This document shows, one piece after another, positions 45,501-55,116 of a stretch of 64,000 nt of DNA. Each line of letters opens with the position of its first letter. Position 1 is the stretch's first letter. The notes below the pieces were generated by a model. It searched no databases and was not told where the DNA came from. It saw nothing but the letters and a program-made list of their open reading frames with translations. The translations under genes were made by a program, and so were the position numbers. Origin of the DNA: Desulfobacterales bacterium (GTDB taxonomy: Bacteria > Desulfobacterota > Desulfobacteria > Desulfobacterales > UBA11574); contig JAQYVT010000001.1 in assembly GCA_030145345.1 (NCBI GenBank), positions 13,013-77,012 on the forward strand, read 5' to 3'.

Positions 45501-46694
45501 TTATCTCACAATGGCGAAACCCAGACGCACGGCTTCGGTCCGCTCTTTATAATCGAGAAGGCTTTCCGCCAATGCATTGACATATTCGACCTGAAAATAC
45601 AGCCCCAGATTACCCTTAAAAAACCGGTGCAAAGGGTAGGTCAAATCGAGGGTTATGGAAGCGCCTTCCTTTGCCCATCGAAAATTTGATCCCAAAACAA
45701 AACTGTCCGCATTTCCGAGTTTGACCTCAAGGTCGAAAAAGCCTCTGTAATCTTTTAAATCCGAATTGGTCTCATCATCGTTGTTTACGTAGGCCCACAC
45801 TTTGGGGGCGACCATAATACCCAACTGGTTTTTTTCTTGGTAATGAATGAATATGGGTTGGGCATATATGATGTTTGTGCTGCGAGAATCTTCACCGCCG
45901 CGGCCGTTGGATTCGTGCTGAAAACCGGTCTGCAGGAACGGTTGGAGCCAGGGAAAGGGGGTCTTTATTTTGGATGATAAAAAAAAGAATTCCGGCTTGT
46001 AGCTGGTGTCTTCGAAGGGTTTGGATTCTGATTTTAAGTCCCAAAAAGATGTCTGGGTATACCCAAAATGAAACCCTTCGACCCATGGATATCTTTGAGC
46101 TAAAGCGCCTTTTTTATTGAAAAATCGATACTTGAAGCTGACCTGAAATTTACTGTCTTCCGGATCGGTTCCCACGAGAAAATACATCGGCTCATAGGCC
46201 GCTATGTTTTTTAAATAGGGTTGATAAAGGGCAAACAAGGAATCCAGCGTTTCAAATTTCTGTGGTTCGGACGTTACACTTTTGGGCGCCTCGGGCCGGG
46301 GAGGCTCAACATCGATCTTAAACATCATTGCGGCGCCATCAAGGTCTGGAATCTTCATGCTCACCGGCCCGTTAAGGGTTTGGGGAAGGGTCAGGGAATA
46401 CCGAACCTTTTCGAAACATTTTCCGCAAATACGAAAGGATTTCAAAGACGGTGCTTGAATAAGGTTGGCCGCTGTTTCCACCTGTTGATCGGAGGATTTT
46501 AAAACGCACTGAACACGGACGGGAAGATTAACAAGGATTTCATTCTCCCCTGTGTTGTTGAAAAAGACCGAAAAAACCATGTTTTGTCCGGCTTGGGGTG
46601 TCTCGGTGGGTGTCGAGAGAACCGTTTCAAGGGTACCGGCAAAAGCAACTGCATGGAAAAAAACAATCAAAACTGCCGCGGCTAAAATTCTCAT
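45501..46694 (-). CDS. pldA: Outer-membrane phospholipase A (OMPLA) with an N-terminal extension
   Basis: Signal peptide; YEPMYFL; the catalytic region FQHESNGRGGEDSRSTN (His-Ser...Asn of OMPLA). About 130 extra N-terminal residues compared with E. coli PldA. Confidence 0.85.
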   Translation of the reverse strand: MRILAAAVLIVFFHAVAFAGTLETVLSTPTETPQAGQNMVFSVFFNNTGENEILVNLPVRVQCVLKSSDQQVETAANLIQAPSLKSFRICGKCFEKVRYSLTLPQTLNGPVSMKIPDLDGAAMMFKIDVEPPRPEAPKSVTSEPQKFETLDSLFALYQPYLKNIAAYEPMYFLVGTDPEDSKFQVSFKYRFFNKKGALAQRYPWVEGFHFGYTQTSFWDLKSESKPFEDTSYKPEFFFLSSKIKTPFPWLQPFLQTGFQHESNGRGGEDSRSTNIIYAQPIFIHYQEKNQLGIMVAPKVWAYVNNDDETNSDLKDYRGFFDLEVKLGNADSFVLGSNFRWAKEGASITLDLTYPLHRFFKGNLGLYFQVEYVNALAESLLDYKERTEAVRLGFAIVR

Positions 46695-46721
46695 CTTTAC
46701 CGACCCTCCTTGTTTTGGGGA

Positions 46722-49700
46722 TTAAAAAAGTTTTAGCTGTGACGGACCCGACTTTTTTTTCTTTCCCGGAACCGGCGCTTCGTGGGCTAACAGGTGTTCT
46801 TCTATTTTACCGACAAACGGTGACAGCTCCCGTTTCTCGGTTTTCCCGAAAATCCTTCGTTTTTTTGCAAAAGTGAGATAGAGCCGTTGCTTGGCGCGGG
46901 TCATGGCAACGTAAAAAAGGCGTCGTTCTTCTTCGATATCCGGTGGCGACCCCTTTGTGTCCGGCCGCTGAAACGGCAGGAATCCTTTTTCGCACCCGGT
47001 AACAAATACCACCGGGAATTCAAGTCCTTTGGCAGCGTGCATGGTCATCAAGGCAACCTTTTCAGATCGATGACTGTAAGTGTCCGTATCACTCCCACAC
47101 GCAGCCGCACGCCATACACCCGTTTTATTAAAACCGAAATTTTTGAAGATATCCATCAGGTGTTCAAGCGCTTCTTTTTCCTTGGGCCCCGTGTTAAATA
47201 TCTTGGACAATCGGGTGTTTTCCAAAAGAAAAATCAGCTTTTCCTCCATAGACATGGCCGCCGTCTTTTGTTTCATTTCCAAAATGTTATCCAAAAATTC
47301 GTTGAGCCGCTTCTGCCGAATCTTGCCCATGCCGTTGATGGGAAACCGGCGTGCATTGATCAACCCTGTTTTTAGGGAAAAACGGTTTTGGTAACACCAT
47401 TTTTTAAAGATTTCCGAACTCTGCTTACCAACCGTCGGTTTGGATATATTTAAAGTCCTTTCAAAATCTGAATAACATCCGGACCCTTCGATTATTTTTA
47501 ACAATGAAATTAATTCTGTTATGCCGGTTTTGCCGAATAGGTTTTCCCGGTTAACAATTTGATATGGAATGCCGGCGGCATCAAAAACTTTGGAAATGAC
47601 CCTGTGTTGTTCGGACGTTCGATATAGAACGGCAAAATCGGAAAAGCTGATATTGGGTGTTTGACGGTGTTGGGTCACACGGTCAAAATCAAATGAATGA
47701 AATCCCATTCCACCGATCAATTGTTCGATGGTTCTTCCCACCGCCACAGCTTCTGATTTTTCAGAATACGTATCGATCACCCGGATGGTCTTTTCGCCGT
47801 GGATCTCGGAGAAGATCCGCTCTTTAAATCCGTCTTTTTTCTGGGGTTCGATGACCTGATAAGATGCGTCCAAAATGGTTTGGGTGGACCTGTAATTTTT
47901 TGTCAGATTAACGACTTCGGCTCCAGGATGATCTTCGACAAATCTCTTAAAATATTTGACATTGGAGCCCCTAAACCCGTAAATGGACTGGTCCGGATCA
48001 CCGATCACACAAATGTTACGGTTAGAACCCGGGGGTACAAGGGCTTTTATGAGCCGGTATTGACCATAGTTCAAATCTTGATACTCATCCACAAAAATAA
48101 ATTTAAAAAGATCTCTGCACGTCTCACAAAACCGATGATCTGTTTCAAGAATTCGAACGGCATTGAATATCAGATCTTCATAGTCGTAAAGTCTTTGGAT
48201 TTCCAACAAGTTTTGATACGTCGTATATACGGATAAAAATACCCGGGGAAATTCATCGCCACATTCATCGGGTTTAAGTATCCGTTGTTTGGCGCGAACG
48301 ATCCCGTCTAACAGGTTTTTGGGTTTAATGTTGACCGGGATACCCATCCCCTCGACGTGTTGGATCGCATCTGAAATTAGGGATATTCGGTCATTGTCGT
48401 CGATAAGGTAACGTGTTTTTTCTTCATAATTATTTAATAGCTCGAAGCAAAAACCATGAAATGTTCCGATAAAAGGATCTTGTTTTGGCCGGTCCAACAG
48501 AAGTTCGAGTCTTTGACGCATTTCCTGGGCAGCTTTGTTTGTAAATGTCACGGCCACGATATGTTCCGGTAATACCCTCTTGGTTTTTATTAAGTGTGCA
48601 ATTCTTTGCGTCAGGGTACGTGTTTTTCCGGTTCCAGGACCTGCTACGACCATCAACGGCCCGCTTTTATGCGCCACGACCTGTTTCTGTTTTTGGTTTA
48701 ATTCGCCGGGTTCAAATTTTTGTCCGGTTATTTTCTCGGGGGTAGATTCTTTGCTCACATTTCTGGGGGTATATTGTTTCGAAGTTTTCCCACCCCTTTT
48801 CTTTTTCCCCAAAGGGGGTTGGAAGGGACTGGAAATAAAGAGAGATTTTTGACCCAGCAGACGGTTTCGTTCGTCCTGACCGAATATTTTTATCTTCCCA
48901 AACTCTCCGTCAAATCCCGGAATAATATCGATTTCACTTCGGCGAACCCTCGAAATTGCTTCACCCAGCAAAGGAATCCCTGCGTCGTCGAGGATCTCTT
49001 TTTTAAGGGTCGTTAGAATGTCGAATTCAGGTCCCAGTGTTTCAATTAACGACCGATACGTTCCCGCGACCTTTTTAGAGGCCGGCCCCACTTTCAAAAC
49101 TTCCGACAATATCTCCACAAGGGGGATCGTGTTATAAAACGGATGGTGTCCATCGGGTTTCTCTCCTTCCTTTCGATCCGATAGTTCCTCGACCCTGTAT
49201 AACACCCCCAAAGTCAGGGGTTTTTCACAAACCGGACAGATGCCGCCCCTTTTACGCGTCTGTTTGGGCCAACTGCGCACGTTACATTTCCGATGTCCAT
49301 CAATATGATATTTTCCTTCTTCGGGATAAAACTCAAAGGTACCCAAAAATTTCTCAGAATCCCCGCTCTCCATGGCAGACCTTATGGCGGTGTAAGAGAG
49401 GTCCGTATCAAAAATATTGGCCTCTCGTCCCAGTTTCATGGGGGAGTGGGCATCAGAACTTGATACAAGAGTCAGTCCATCCAATCCAGATACCCGCCAG
49501 TTCATCGAAGGGTCCGAAGAAAGACCGGTTTCAGCTGCAAATATGTAATCGGCAAGATCTTCAAAACATTCTTCAAGGGAATCAAAACCGGATTTTGAAC
49601 CCAGCAATGAAAACCAGGGTGTCCAAATATGCGCTGGAATGAGAAATCCCCCATCAGAAGTCTCAAGAAGAATTTCAAGAAGGTTTCTAGCATCAAGTCC

Positions 49701-50120
49701 GAGTATCGGCCGCCCGTCTGATTTGATATTTCCAATTTTATCCAATCTTAAATTAAATTTTTCGGCCTTATCCAGATCGGATAAAAATACAAGATTATGA
49801 TTTTTCCGGGTTTTGTCGTTTTTTTTATAAATATTGCTGATTTCAGAAACCAGCATAAACCGGACGTCTCGGCGGCATGTTGTAGGAACTTCTTGATCAC
49901 AGACGGCGGATATTTCTTTTTTTAATTTGAACAGTCCCGGCTCAGCCGGTACCAGTTTTTCTTTGATTTCGGAAAACCATCCCGGATGTGTAAAATCTCC
50001 GGTTCCAATGACCGTTATACCTTTTAGCTGTGCAGCGATGTACAGGTTTTCAAGGTCAAGATTCTTGGCCGTTGCTCTTGAAAAATGGGAATGAACATGG
50101 AAATCAGCGATAAATTTCAT
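46722..50120 (-). CDS. Fusion protein: EndoQ-like PHP-domain endonuclease (N-terminal ~430 aa) plus UvrD/PcrA-type SF1 helicase (C-terminal ~700 aa)
   Basis: N-terminus: DFHVHSHFSRA, GTGDFTHPGW, GRP, PAHIWTPWFS, SSDAHSP.KLGREAN, GKYH, the Zn-finger-like ICPVCEKPLTLGVLYRVEEL, and PGFDGEFGKIKIF. These match EndoQ hallmarks from memory. C-terminus: Walker A AGPGTGKTRTL, DEYQD, and the TMHAAKGLEF / VAMTRAK helicase motifs. Confidence 0.85.
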   Translation of the reverse strand: MKFIADFHVHSHFSRATAKNLDLENLYIAAQLKGITVIGTGDFTHPGWFSEIKEKLVPAEPGLFKLKKEISAVCDQEVPTTCRRDVRFMLVSEISNIYKKNDKTRKNHNLVFLSDLDKAEKFNLRLDKIGNIKSDGRPILGLDARNLLEILLETSDGGFLIPAHIWTPWFSLLGSKSGFDSLEECFEDLADYIFAAETGLSSDPSMNWRVSGLDGLTLVSSSDAHSPMKLGREANIFDTDLSYTAIRSAMESGDSEKFLGTFEFYPEEGKYHIDGHRKCNVRSWPKQTRKRGGICPVCEKPLTLGVLYRVEELSDRKEGEKPDGHHPFYNTIPLVEILSEVLKVGPASKKVAGTYRSLIETLGPEFDILTTLKKEILDDAGIPLLGEAISRVRRSEIDIIPGFDGEFGKIKIFGQDERNRLLGQKSLFISSPFQPPLGKKKRGGKTSKQYTPRNVSKESTPEKITGQKFEPGELNQKQKQVVAHKSGPLMVVAGPGTGKTRTLTQRIAHLIKTKRVLPEHIVAVTFTNKAAQEMRQRLELLLDRPKQDPFIGTFHGFCFELLNNYEEKTRYLIDDNDRISLISDAIQHVEGMGIPVNIKPKNLLDGIVRAKQRILKPDECGDEFPRVFLSVYTTYQNLLEIQRLYDYEDLIFNAVRILETDHRFCETCRDLFKFIFVDEYQDLNYGQYRLIKALVPPGSNRNICVIGDPDQSIYGFRGSNVKYFKRFVEDHPGAEVVNLTKNYRSTQTILDASYQVIEPQKKDGFKERIFSEIHGEKTIRVIDTYSEKSEAVAVGRTIEQLIGGMGFHSFDFDRVTQHRQTPNISFSDFAVLYRTSEQHRVISKVFDAAGIPYQIVNRENLFGKTGITELISLLKIIEGSGCYSDFERTLNISKPTVGKQSSEIFKKWCYQNRFSLKTGLINARRFPINGMGKIRQKRLNEFLDNILEMKQKTAAMSMEEKLIFLLENTRLSKIFNTGPKEKEALEHLMDIFKNFGFNKTGVWRAAACGSDTDTYSHRSEKVALMTMHAAKGLEFPVVFVTGCEKGFLPFQRPDTKGSPPDIEEERRLFYVAMTRAKQRLYLTFAKKRRIFGKTEKRELSPFVGKIEEHLLAHEAPVPGKKKKSGPSQLKLF

Positions 50121-50666
50121 AGGGTTTTATTTTGGAGATATTTCAAATCAATAGAAGAAGTTAAATCCTGTAATTATTATAAAATAGCAGGTAAAAACAC
50201 TTGTAACATTCTTATAAACAGTATATATATTTATATCAAACAAAATTAAACACTATATATGGTGTTTTTTGAACTGAAACCGTGAGCGCATTCCCGTAAA
50301 GCGTGTTGAAACGAGGTTTATTCCGTGAATTCTATCGGTCTTTTCTGTTTAACTGAAGCGAAAATTCCGCCTTGCGGGGCTACGGGGATCTTTAATTATT
50401 TTTTTTGATTTCTCCCGCAATTGCTCGTTTTAATCACCGAAAAATACGGATGTTTGTGTTGATATTTTTTCAATAACTCACTACTTATCAACAATAAATT
50501 TTAGTGTGTTCATAATTAATCTTTTTTAATCATTTTTCATACGCTTTTTTAAATCATTTAAATCGTTTTTTTTATATCATTCAAATAGGTTAAAAGGTTT
50601 CTATTGTTATCAACAACCCTTACTCTTTATATAAATATACATACATAAAATTATAAGGAACAGGTT
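50121..50666. other. AT-rich candidate replication-origin (oriC-like) / dnaN promoter region
   Basis: DnaA-box-like 9-mers: TTATCAACA at 50485-50493 and 50607-50615, and TGTTGATAT at 50457-50465. Between them are three direct AT-rich repeats T6-8-A-(A/T)ATCATT at 50522, 50545 and 50566 (period about 22 nt). It lies directly upstream of dnaN. Confidence 0.45.
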
Positions 50667-51785
50667 ATGAAGTTTAAAATTAAAAAGGAAGACATTCTGG
50701 ATGTATTGTCCAAGGTTCAAGGAATAACCGGACGAAAAAGCAATCTGGCTATTACCTCGAATATTCTTATTAAAACAACAGGTAATGGTATAAAATTAGT
50801 GATAACGGATCTTGAAACCGGTTTCGAAGGAATATATCCGGCGGACATTGAATCTCAAGGCACCATAACGATAAATTCAAGAAAGTTTTATGAAATTGTT
50901 AAAGAATTTCCGAGCAAAGAAATACAAGTCGATGAAGTTGAGAATTATTGGATCAAAATTCACAATAAAAATGTTGAGTATAATATTGTTGGAATGAATC
51001 CCGATGATTTTCCTGAAACTCCAGAGATAGAAGATGTTGATTTTTTTACCGTCGATTCCCAAATTTTTAAAGACATGATCGAAAAAACGATCATTATTTC
51101 GGGTGCTCCTGATGAAAAAAGAACCCATATCACCGGAATATATTTTGAATTACAGCACCAAAAGAAAGAAAACATATTCAGAATGGTTTCAACAGACGGC
51201 AACCGTCTTTCAAAAGTGGATTGTATTTATGAAAAAGATTTAAAACTGCCTAAAAAGACCGGTATACTGGTCCCCAAAAAAGGAATGAGTGAAGTTGTAA
51301 AATTTTTAGATTCCACAGGAACCGTTAAAATTGGTATCAAAAATAATAATTTTATTATAAAAAAGGACTTCGAAACAATTATAATTAGGCTTCTCGAAGG
51401 TAATTTTCCAGAATATGGGGATATTATAAAAAGGGGATCTTCCCATGCGATCCATATGGATCGCAAAATGTTTGTATCCATGCTGAAAAGAATGTCTATT
51501 TTGTCTTCAGAAGATTACAAAGGGGTTATTTTTAATTTTAAAGAAGATAACCTTTCCATAACCACAACAAATCCGGAATTGGGTGAATCAAAAGAAGACA
51601 TGGTTATCGACTATAAGGGAGATCCCATAGAAGTTGCTTTTAATCCCAGATACATTATGGAAACCATGAGCGTAATTGATTCTGATAAAATAATTGTTAA
51701 TATAATCGATAGTGAAAAACCCTGTTTACTCGAAGGGGAGAATGACGACACCTATTTAAGTGTAATCATGCCGATGAGAATATGA
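50667..51785 (+). CDS. dnaN: DNA polymerase III beta sliding clamp
   Basis: 372 aa with [20 protein letters not shown]...; the three-domain length; the C-terminal [19 protein letters not shown]. Confidence 0.95.
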   Translation: MKFKIKKEDILDVLSKVQGITGRKSNLAITSNILIKTTGNGIKLVITDLETGFEGIYPADIESQGTITINSRKFYEIVKEFPSKEIQVDEVENYWIKIHNKNVEYNIVGMNPDDFPETPEIEDVDFFTVDSQIFKDMIEKTIIISGAPDEKRTHITGIYFELQHQKKENIFRMVSTDGNRLSKVDCIYEKDLKLPKKTGILVPKKGMSEVVKFLDSTGTVKIGIKNNNFIIKKDFETIIIRLLEGNFPEYGDIIKRGSSHAIHMDRKMFVSMLKRMSILSSEDYKGVIFNFKEDNLSITTTNPELGESKEDMVIDYKGDPIEVAFNPRYIMETMSVIDSDKIIVNIIDSEKPCLLEGENDDTYLSVIMPMRI

Positions 51786-54217
51786 AAAAACAAGAAAACA
51801 CATACAACGCGGACAATATAAAAGTTCTCGAAGGACTTGAAGCGGTCCGAAAAAGACCGGCCATGTACATCGGGAACACTGGTATTGAGGGGCTTCACCA
51901 TCTGGTTTACGAAGTTGTGGACAACAGTATTGATGAAGCGATGGCCGGTTACTGCGACCTTATAAAAGTTATCCTACATACGGACAACAGTGTCAGTATC
52001 GAAGATAACGGCCGGGGAATACCCGTTGGGATACAAAAATCCGAGAATGTGCCTGCTGTTGAAGTTGTCATGACCAAACTTCATTCAGGAGGAAAATTCG
52101 ATAGTGATTCTTATAAAGTTTCCGGTGGACTTCACGGTGTGGGGGTGTCGGTGGTAAATGCGCTTTCAAAATTTATGGAAGTCGAAATTTATACCGATGG
52201 AAAAATTTATTATCAAACATATGAAAAAGGAAAAAAAACCAGAGAAATCAATATCATCGGAAAAACCAAGAAAAGGGGTACAAAAATACATTTTGTTCCT
52301 GATACGGAAATTTTAGAAACAGGCAATTTTAGTTATGATGTTCTGATTCGAAGATTAAGAGAGCTTGCTTTTTTAAACAAAGGCGTCCGATTAACCATCG
52401 AAGATGAACGATCGGATAAAAAAGATGAATTTTATTATAAAGGCGGCCTTATATCATTTGTGGAGTATCTGAATAAAATAAATTCGCCACTTCATAAACC
52501 TATTTTCATAGAAGGCATAAAAAATGATGTTCAAATAGAAGTTGCCCTTCAATACAACGATACATTCAAGGAAAAAATATTTTCATTTGCCAATAATATC
52601 AATACGGCCGAAGGGGGGTTTCATCTCATCGGTTTAAAGGCGGGATTAACGCGAACCGTCAATCAATATTCAACAAACGGGAACCTTCCAAAAAACCTTC
52701 AAGCCAAGATTAGCGGTGAAGACATTAGAGAGGGTTTAACAGCGGTTATAAGTATTAGAATAAAGTCCCCACAGTTTGAGGGTCAAACAAAGACAAAACT
52801 TGGAAACAGTGAAGTAAAAGGGCTGGTCGAGTCTCTGGTGAACGAGAAATTAAGTATGTTTCTGGAAGAGAATCCAACCGTGGGCAAAAAGATAGTTGCT
52901 AAAGCGGTGGATGCTTCCAGGGCCAGGGATGCAGCAAAAAGAGCACGGGATATCGCAAGAAAACAGGGTGCTCTTATCGATTCAACACTCCCGGGCAAGC
53001 TTGCCGAATGCCAGGTTTCAGAGCCTTCCGAAAGAGAAATTTTTATCGTGGAAGGTGACTCTGCCGGGGGCAGTGCCAAACAAGGTAGAGACAGAAAGTT
53101 TCAGGCAATACTGCCATTAAAAGGGAAAATATTAAATGTTGAGAAAGCCAGATTTGATAAAATTCTTCGAAGCGAAGAGATTAAAAATATCATTACAGCC
53201 CTGGGAACCGGAGTGGGTGAAGAAGAATACGATATTGAAAAAATAAGGTATCACAAAACAATTATCATGACCGATGCGGATGTTGACGGATCTCACATTC
53301 GAACGCTTCTGTTAACCTTCTTTTACAGACACATGCCCGAGATGGTCGAAAAAGGGTATCTATACATTGCGCAACCCCCCCTGTTTAAAATCGGCAAAGG
53401 AAAGAATGAAATTTATTTAAAACATGAAAATCAATTGAACGATCACATTTTAAAACGAGCATGCAATAAAAAAAATATAAAGCTTGGAGAAGAAGAAAAG
53501 ATTCTATCCGATCATAACCTCTATCTTTTCATGACGAATCTTTCTGAATATTTTTTGATAATTTCGAGATTGAAAAAACAAGGGATTATCGGCGATCTTA
53601 TCGAATTGTTAATTAAAGAAAATGTTGAAAACAAAAAATTTCTAAAAGACCGACAAAAAATGAGCCAGTTAAAAAAGACGCTTATTGAAAAAGAGTATCA
53701 TGTCGCTGAATTAACATGGAATTCGGAACGGGATGTTTATGAAATGACGGTTACCCCGTCGTTTGGCCAAAAGGGACGATTGTCGGAAAAAATGCCAAAC
53801 ATAAAGGTGAAACCCATAAAAATCGGCAGAAGCCTTATTTATTCCGGAGATTTCCAGAAAAGCCTGTTTTTGAGTAAAAACATTTTCAAATACGATCGTC
53901 CACCTTTTCTTGTTTTTAACAAGGACGATGAGGACAATTTCATTCGCATCGATGATAAAAAAGACCTTCTTTCTTTTTTTATGGAGGAAGGGAAAAAAGG
54001 TCTCGGCATTCAGAGATACAAAGGTCTGGGTGAAATGAATCCAAACCAACTATGGGAAACCACAATGAATCCGGACAAAAGAACCCTCTTGCAGGTAAAG
54101 GTCGAGGATGTGGTTGAAACCGATGAAATTTTTACCGTTCTCATGGGCGAGGCCGTCGAACCCAGAAGAGAATTTATCACCAGCAATGCCCTTGAGGTGA
54201 ACATGCTGGATATATAG
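51782..54217 (+). CDS. gyrB: DNA gyrase subunit B
   Basis: 811 aa with [32 protein letters not shown], the Toprim [15 protein letters not shown], and [10 protein letters not shown]. Overlaps the dnaN stop by 4 nt. Confidence 0.98.
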   Translation: MKKQENTYNADNIKVLEGLEAVRKRPAMYIGNTGIEGLHHLVYEVVDNSIDEAMAGYCDLIKVILHTDNSVSIEDNGRGIPVGIQKSENVPAVEVVMTKLHSGGKFDSDSYKVSGGLHGVGVSVVNALSKFMEVEIYTDGKIYYQTYEKGKKTREINIIGKTKKRGTKIHFVPDTEILETGNFSYDVLIRRLRELAFLNKGVRLTIEDERSDKKDEFYYKGGLISFVEYLNKINSPLHKPIFIEGIKNDVQIEVALQYNDTFKEKIFSFANNINTAEGGFHLIGLKAGLTRTVNQYSTNGNLPKNLQAKISGEDIREGLTAVISIRIKSPQFEGQTKTKLGNSEVKGLVESLVNEKLSMFLEENPTVGKKIVAKAVDASRARDAAKRARDIARKQGALIDSTLPGKLAECQVSEPSEREIFIVEGDSAGGSAKQGRDRKFQAILPLKGKILNVEKARFDKILRSEEIKNIITALGTGVGEEEYDIEKIRYHKTIIMTDADVDGSHIRTLLLTFFYRHMPEMVEKGYLYIAQPPLFKIGKGKNEIYLKHENQLNDHILKRACNKKNIKLGEEEKILSDHNLYLFMTNLSEYFLIISRLKKQGIIGDLIELLIKENVENKKFLKDRQKMSQLKKTLIEKEYHVAELTWNSERDVYEMTVTPSFGQKGRLSEKMPNIKVKPIKIGRSLIYSGDFQKSLFLSKNIFKYDRPPFLVFNKDDEDNFIRIDDKKDLLSFFMEEGKKGLGIQRYKGLGEMNPNQLWETTMNPDKRTLLQVKVEDVVETDEIFTVLMGEAVEPRREFITSNALEVNMLDI

Positions 54218-54303
54218 GCACTCGATCGAAAAATTTCCACTAAACTGCAGCCGTGAGCGCATTTCCCATTAAACATTCAACCAACCGAAATTAGGCAATA
54301 AAT

Positions 54304-55095
54304 ATGGATATTCACAAGGTTAAAGCAAGGGATTTACCGGATCTCTGGTTTCAGGCGGTTCATGACATTCTTGACCGCGGCCGTCGGTTTAAAATAGATC
54401 GAGGAAGCTACGCCGGCCAGACAAGACTCGAATATGATTATTTTACCGGACACGTTCAGTATCCTGGAACCCAGCCGCTGTTGCCCGATATACCGGCATC
54501 CTGCGGGATTCCAAATCCTGTGGAAGAAGCCTATATTTATGGCGGTGAAGGCTATGAAAGATCGTACATCGAGTATCTGATGACGGGCCAAAAAGAAACG
54601 GGAGAATCATATACTTATGGTGAGCGATTGACCCGGGCGCCGCTGACCGGGGATCAACTGGCATGGTGGGAAGCGGGCAACGCGGAAATTATCGACAAAA
54701 GGGAGATCGACGGCAAAGCGGTTTTTGAAGAAGACGGACAAATCTACCTAAATCAGATCGAGTGGGTCATTCAGACCTATCGGCAGCATGGCAACCGCAA
54801 CAACCAGATGGTGCTTCAAGTGGCCCACCCAACGGATCTTACACTGCTGGACCCGCCGTGTTTGCGTTCAATCGACACGCGAATACAGGATGAAACCCTT
54901 CATTTTATAGTCTATTTTCGTTCATGGGATCTTTGGGGGGGAATGCCTGCAAATTTGGCGGGGATCCAGAATCTTAAAGATTACATGGCAGCAGAGATCG
55001 GCGTAAAAGACGGTGAGATGATCGTTGAAAGCAAAGGGCTTCATCTATACGGCTATGCTGAGCAGTTGGCCAAGTTAAGATGTTTGAAGGCTTAA
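54304..55095 (+). CDS. Thymidylate synthase family protein (divergent, archaeal-type ThyA-like)
   Basis: 263 aa. LDPPCLRSIDTRIQDETLHFIVYFRSWDLWGGMPANLAGI...GEMIVESKGLHLYGY parallels ThyA LPPCH..QFYV.DGKLSCQLYQRS.D..LG.PFNIA...G......GD.HLY. The N-terminus resembles archaeal ThyA. Confidence 0.6.
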   Translation: MDIHKVKARDLPDLWFQAVHDILDRGRRFKIDRGSYAGQTRLEYDYFTGHVQYPGTQPLLPDIPASCGIPNPVEEAYIYGGEGYERSYIEYLMTGQKETGESYTYGERLTRAPLTGDQLAWWEAGNAEIIDKREIDGKAVFEEDGQIYLNQIEWVIQTYRQHGNRNNQMVLQVAHPTDLTLLDPPCLRSIDTRIQDETLHFIVYFRSWDLWGGMPANLAGIQNLKDYMAAEIGVKDGEMIVESKGLHLYGYAEQLAKLRCLKA

Positions 55096-55116
55096 GATCA
55101 CCACCCTAACCTTAAA

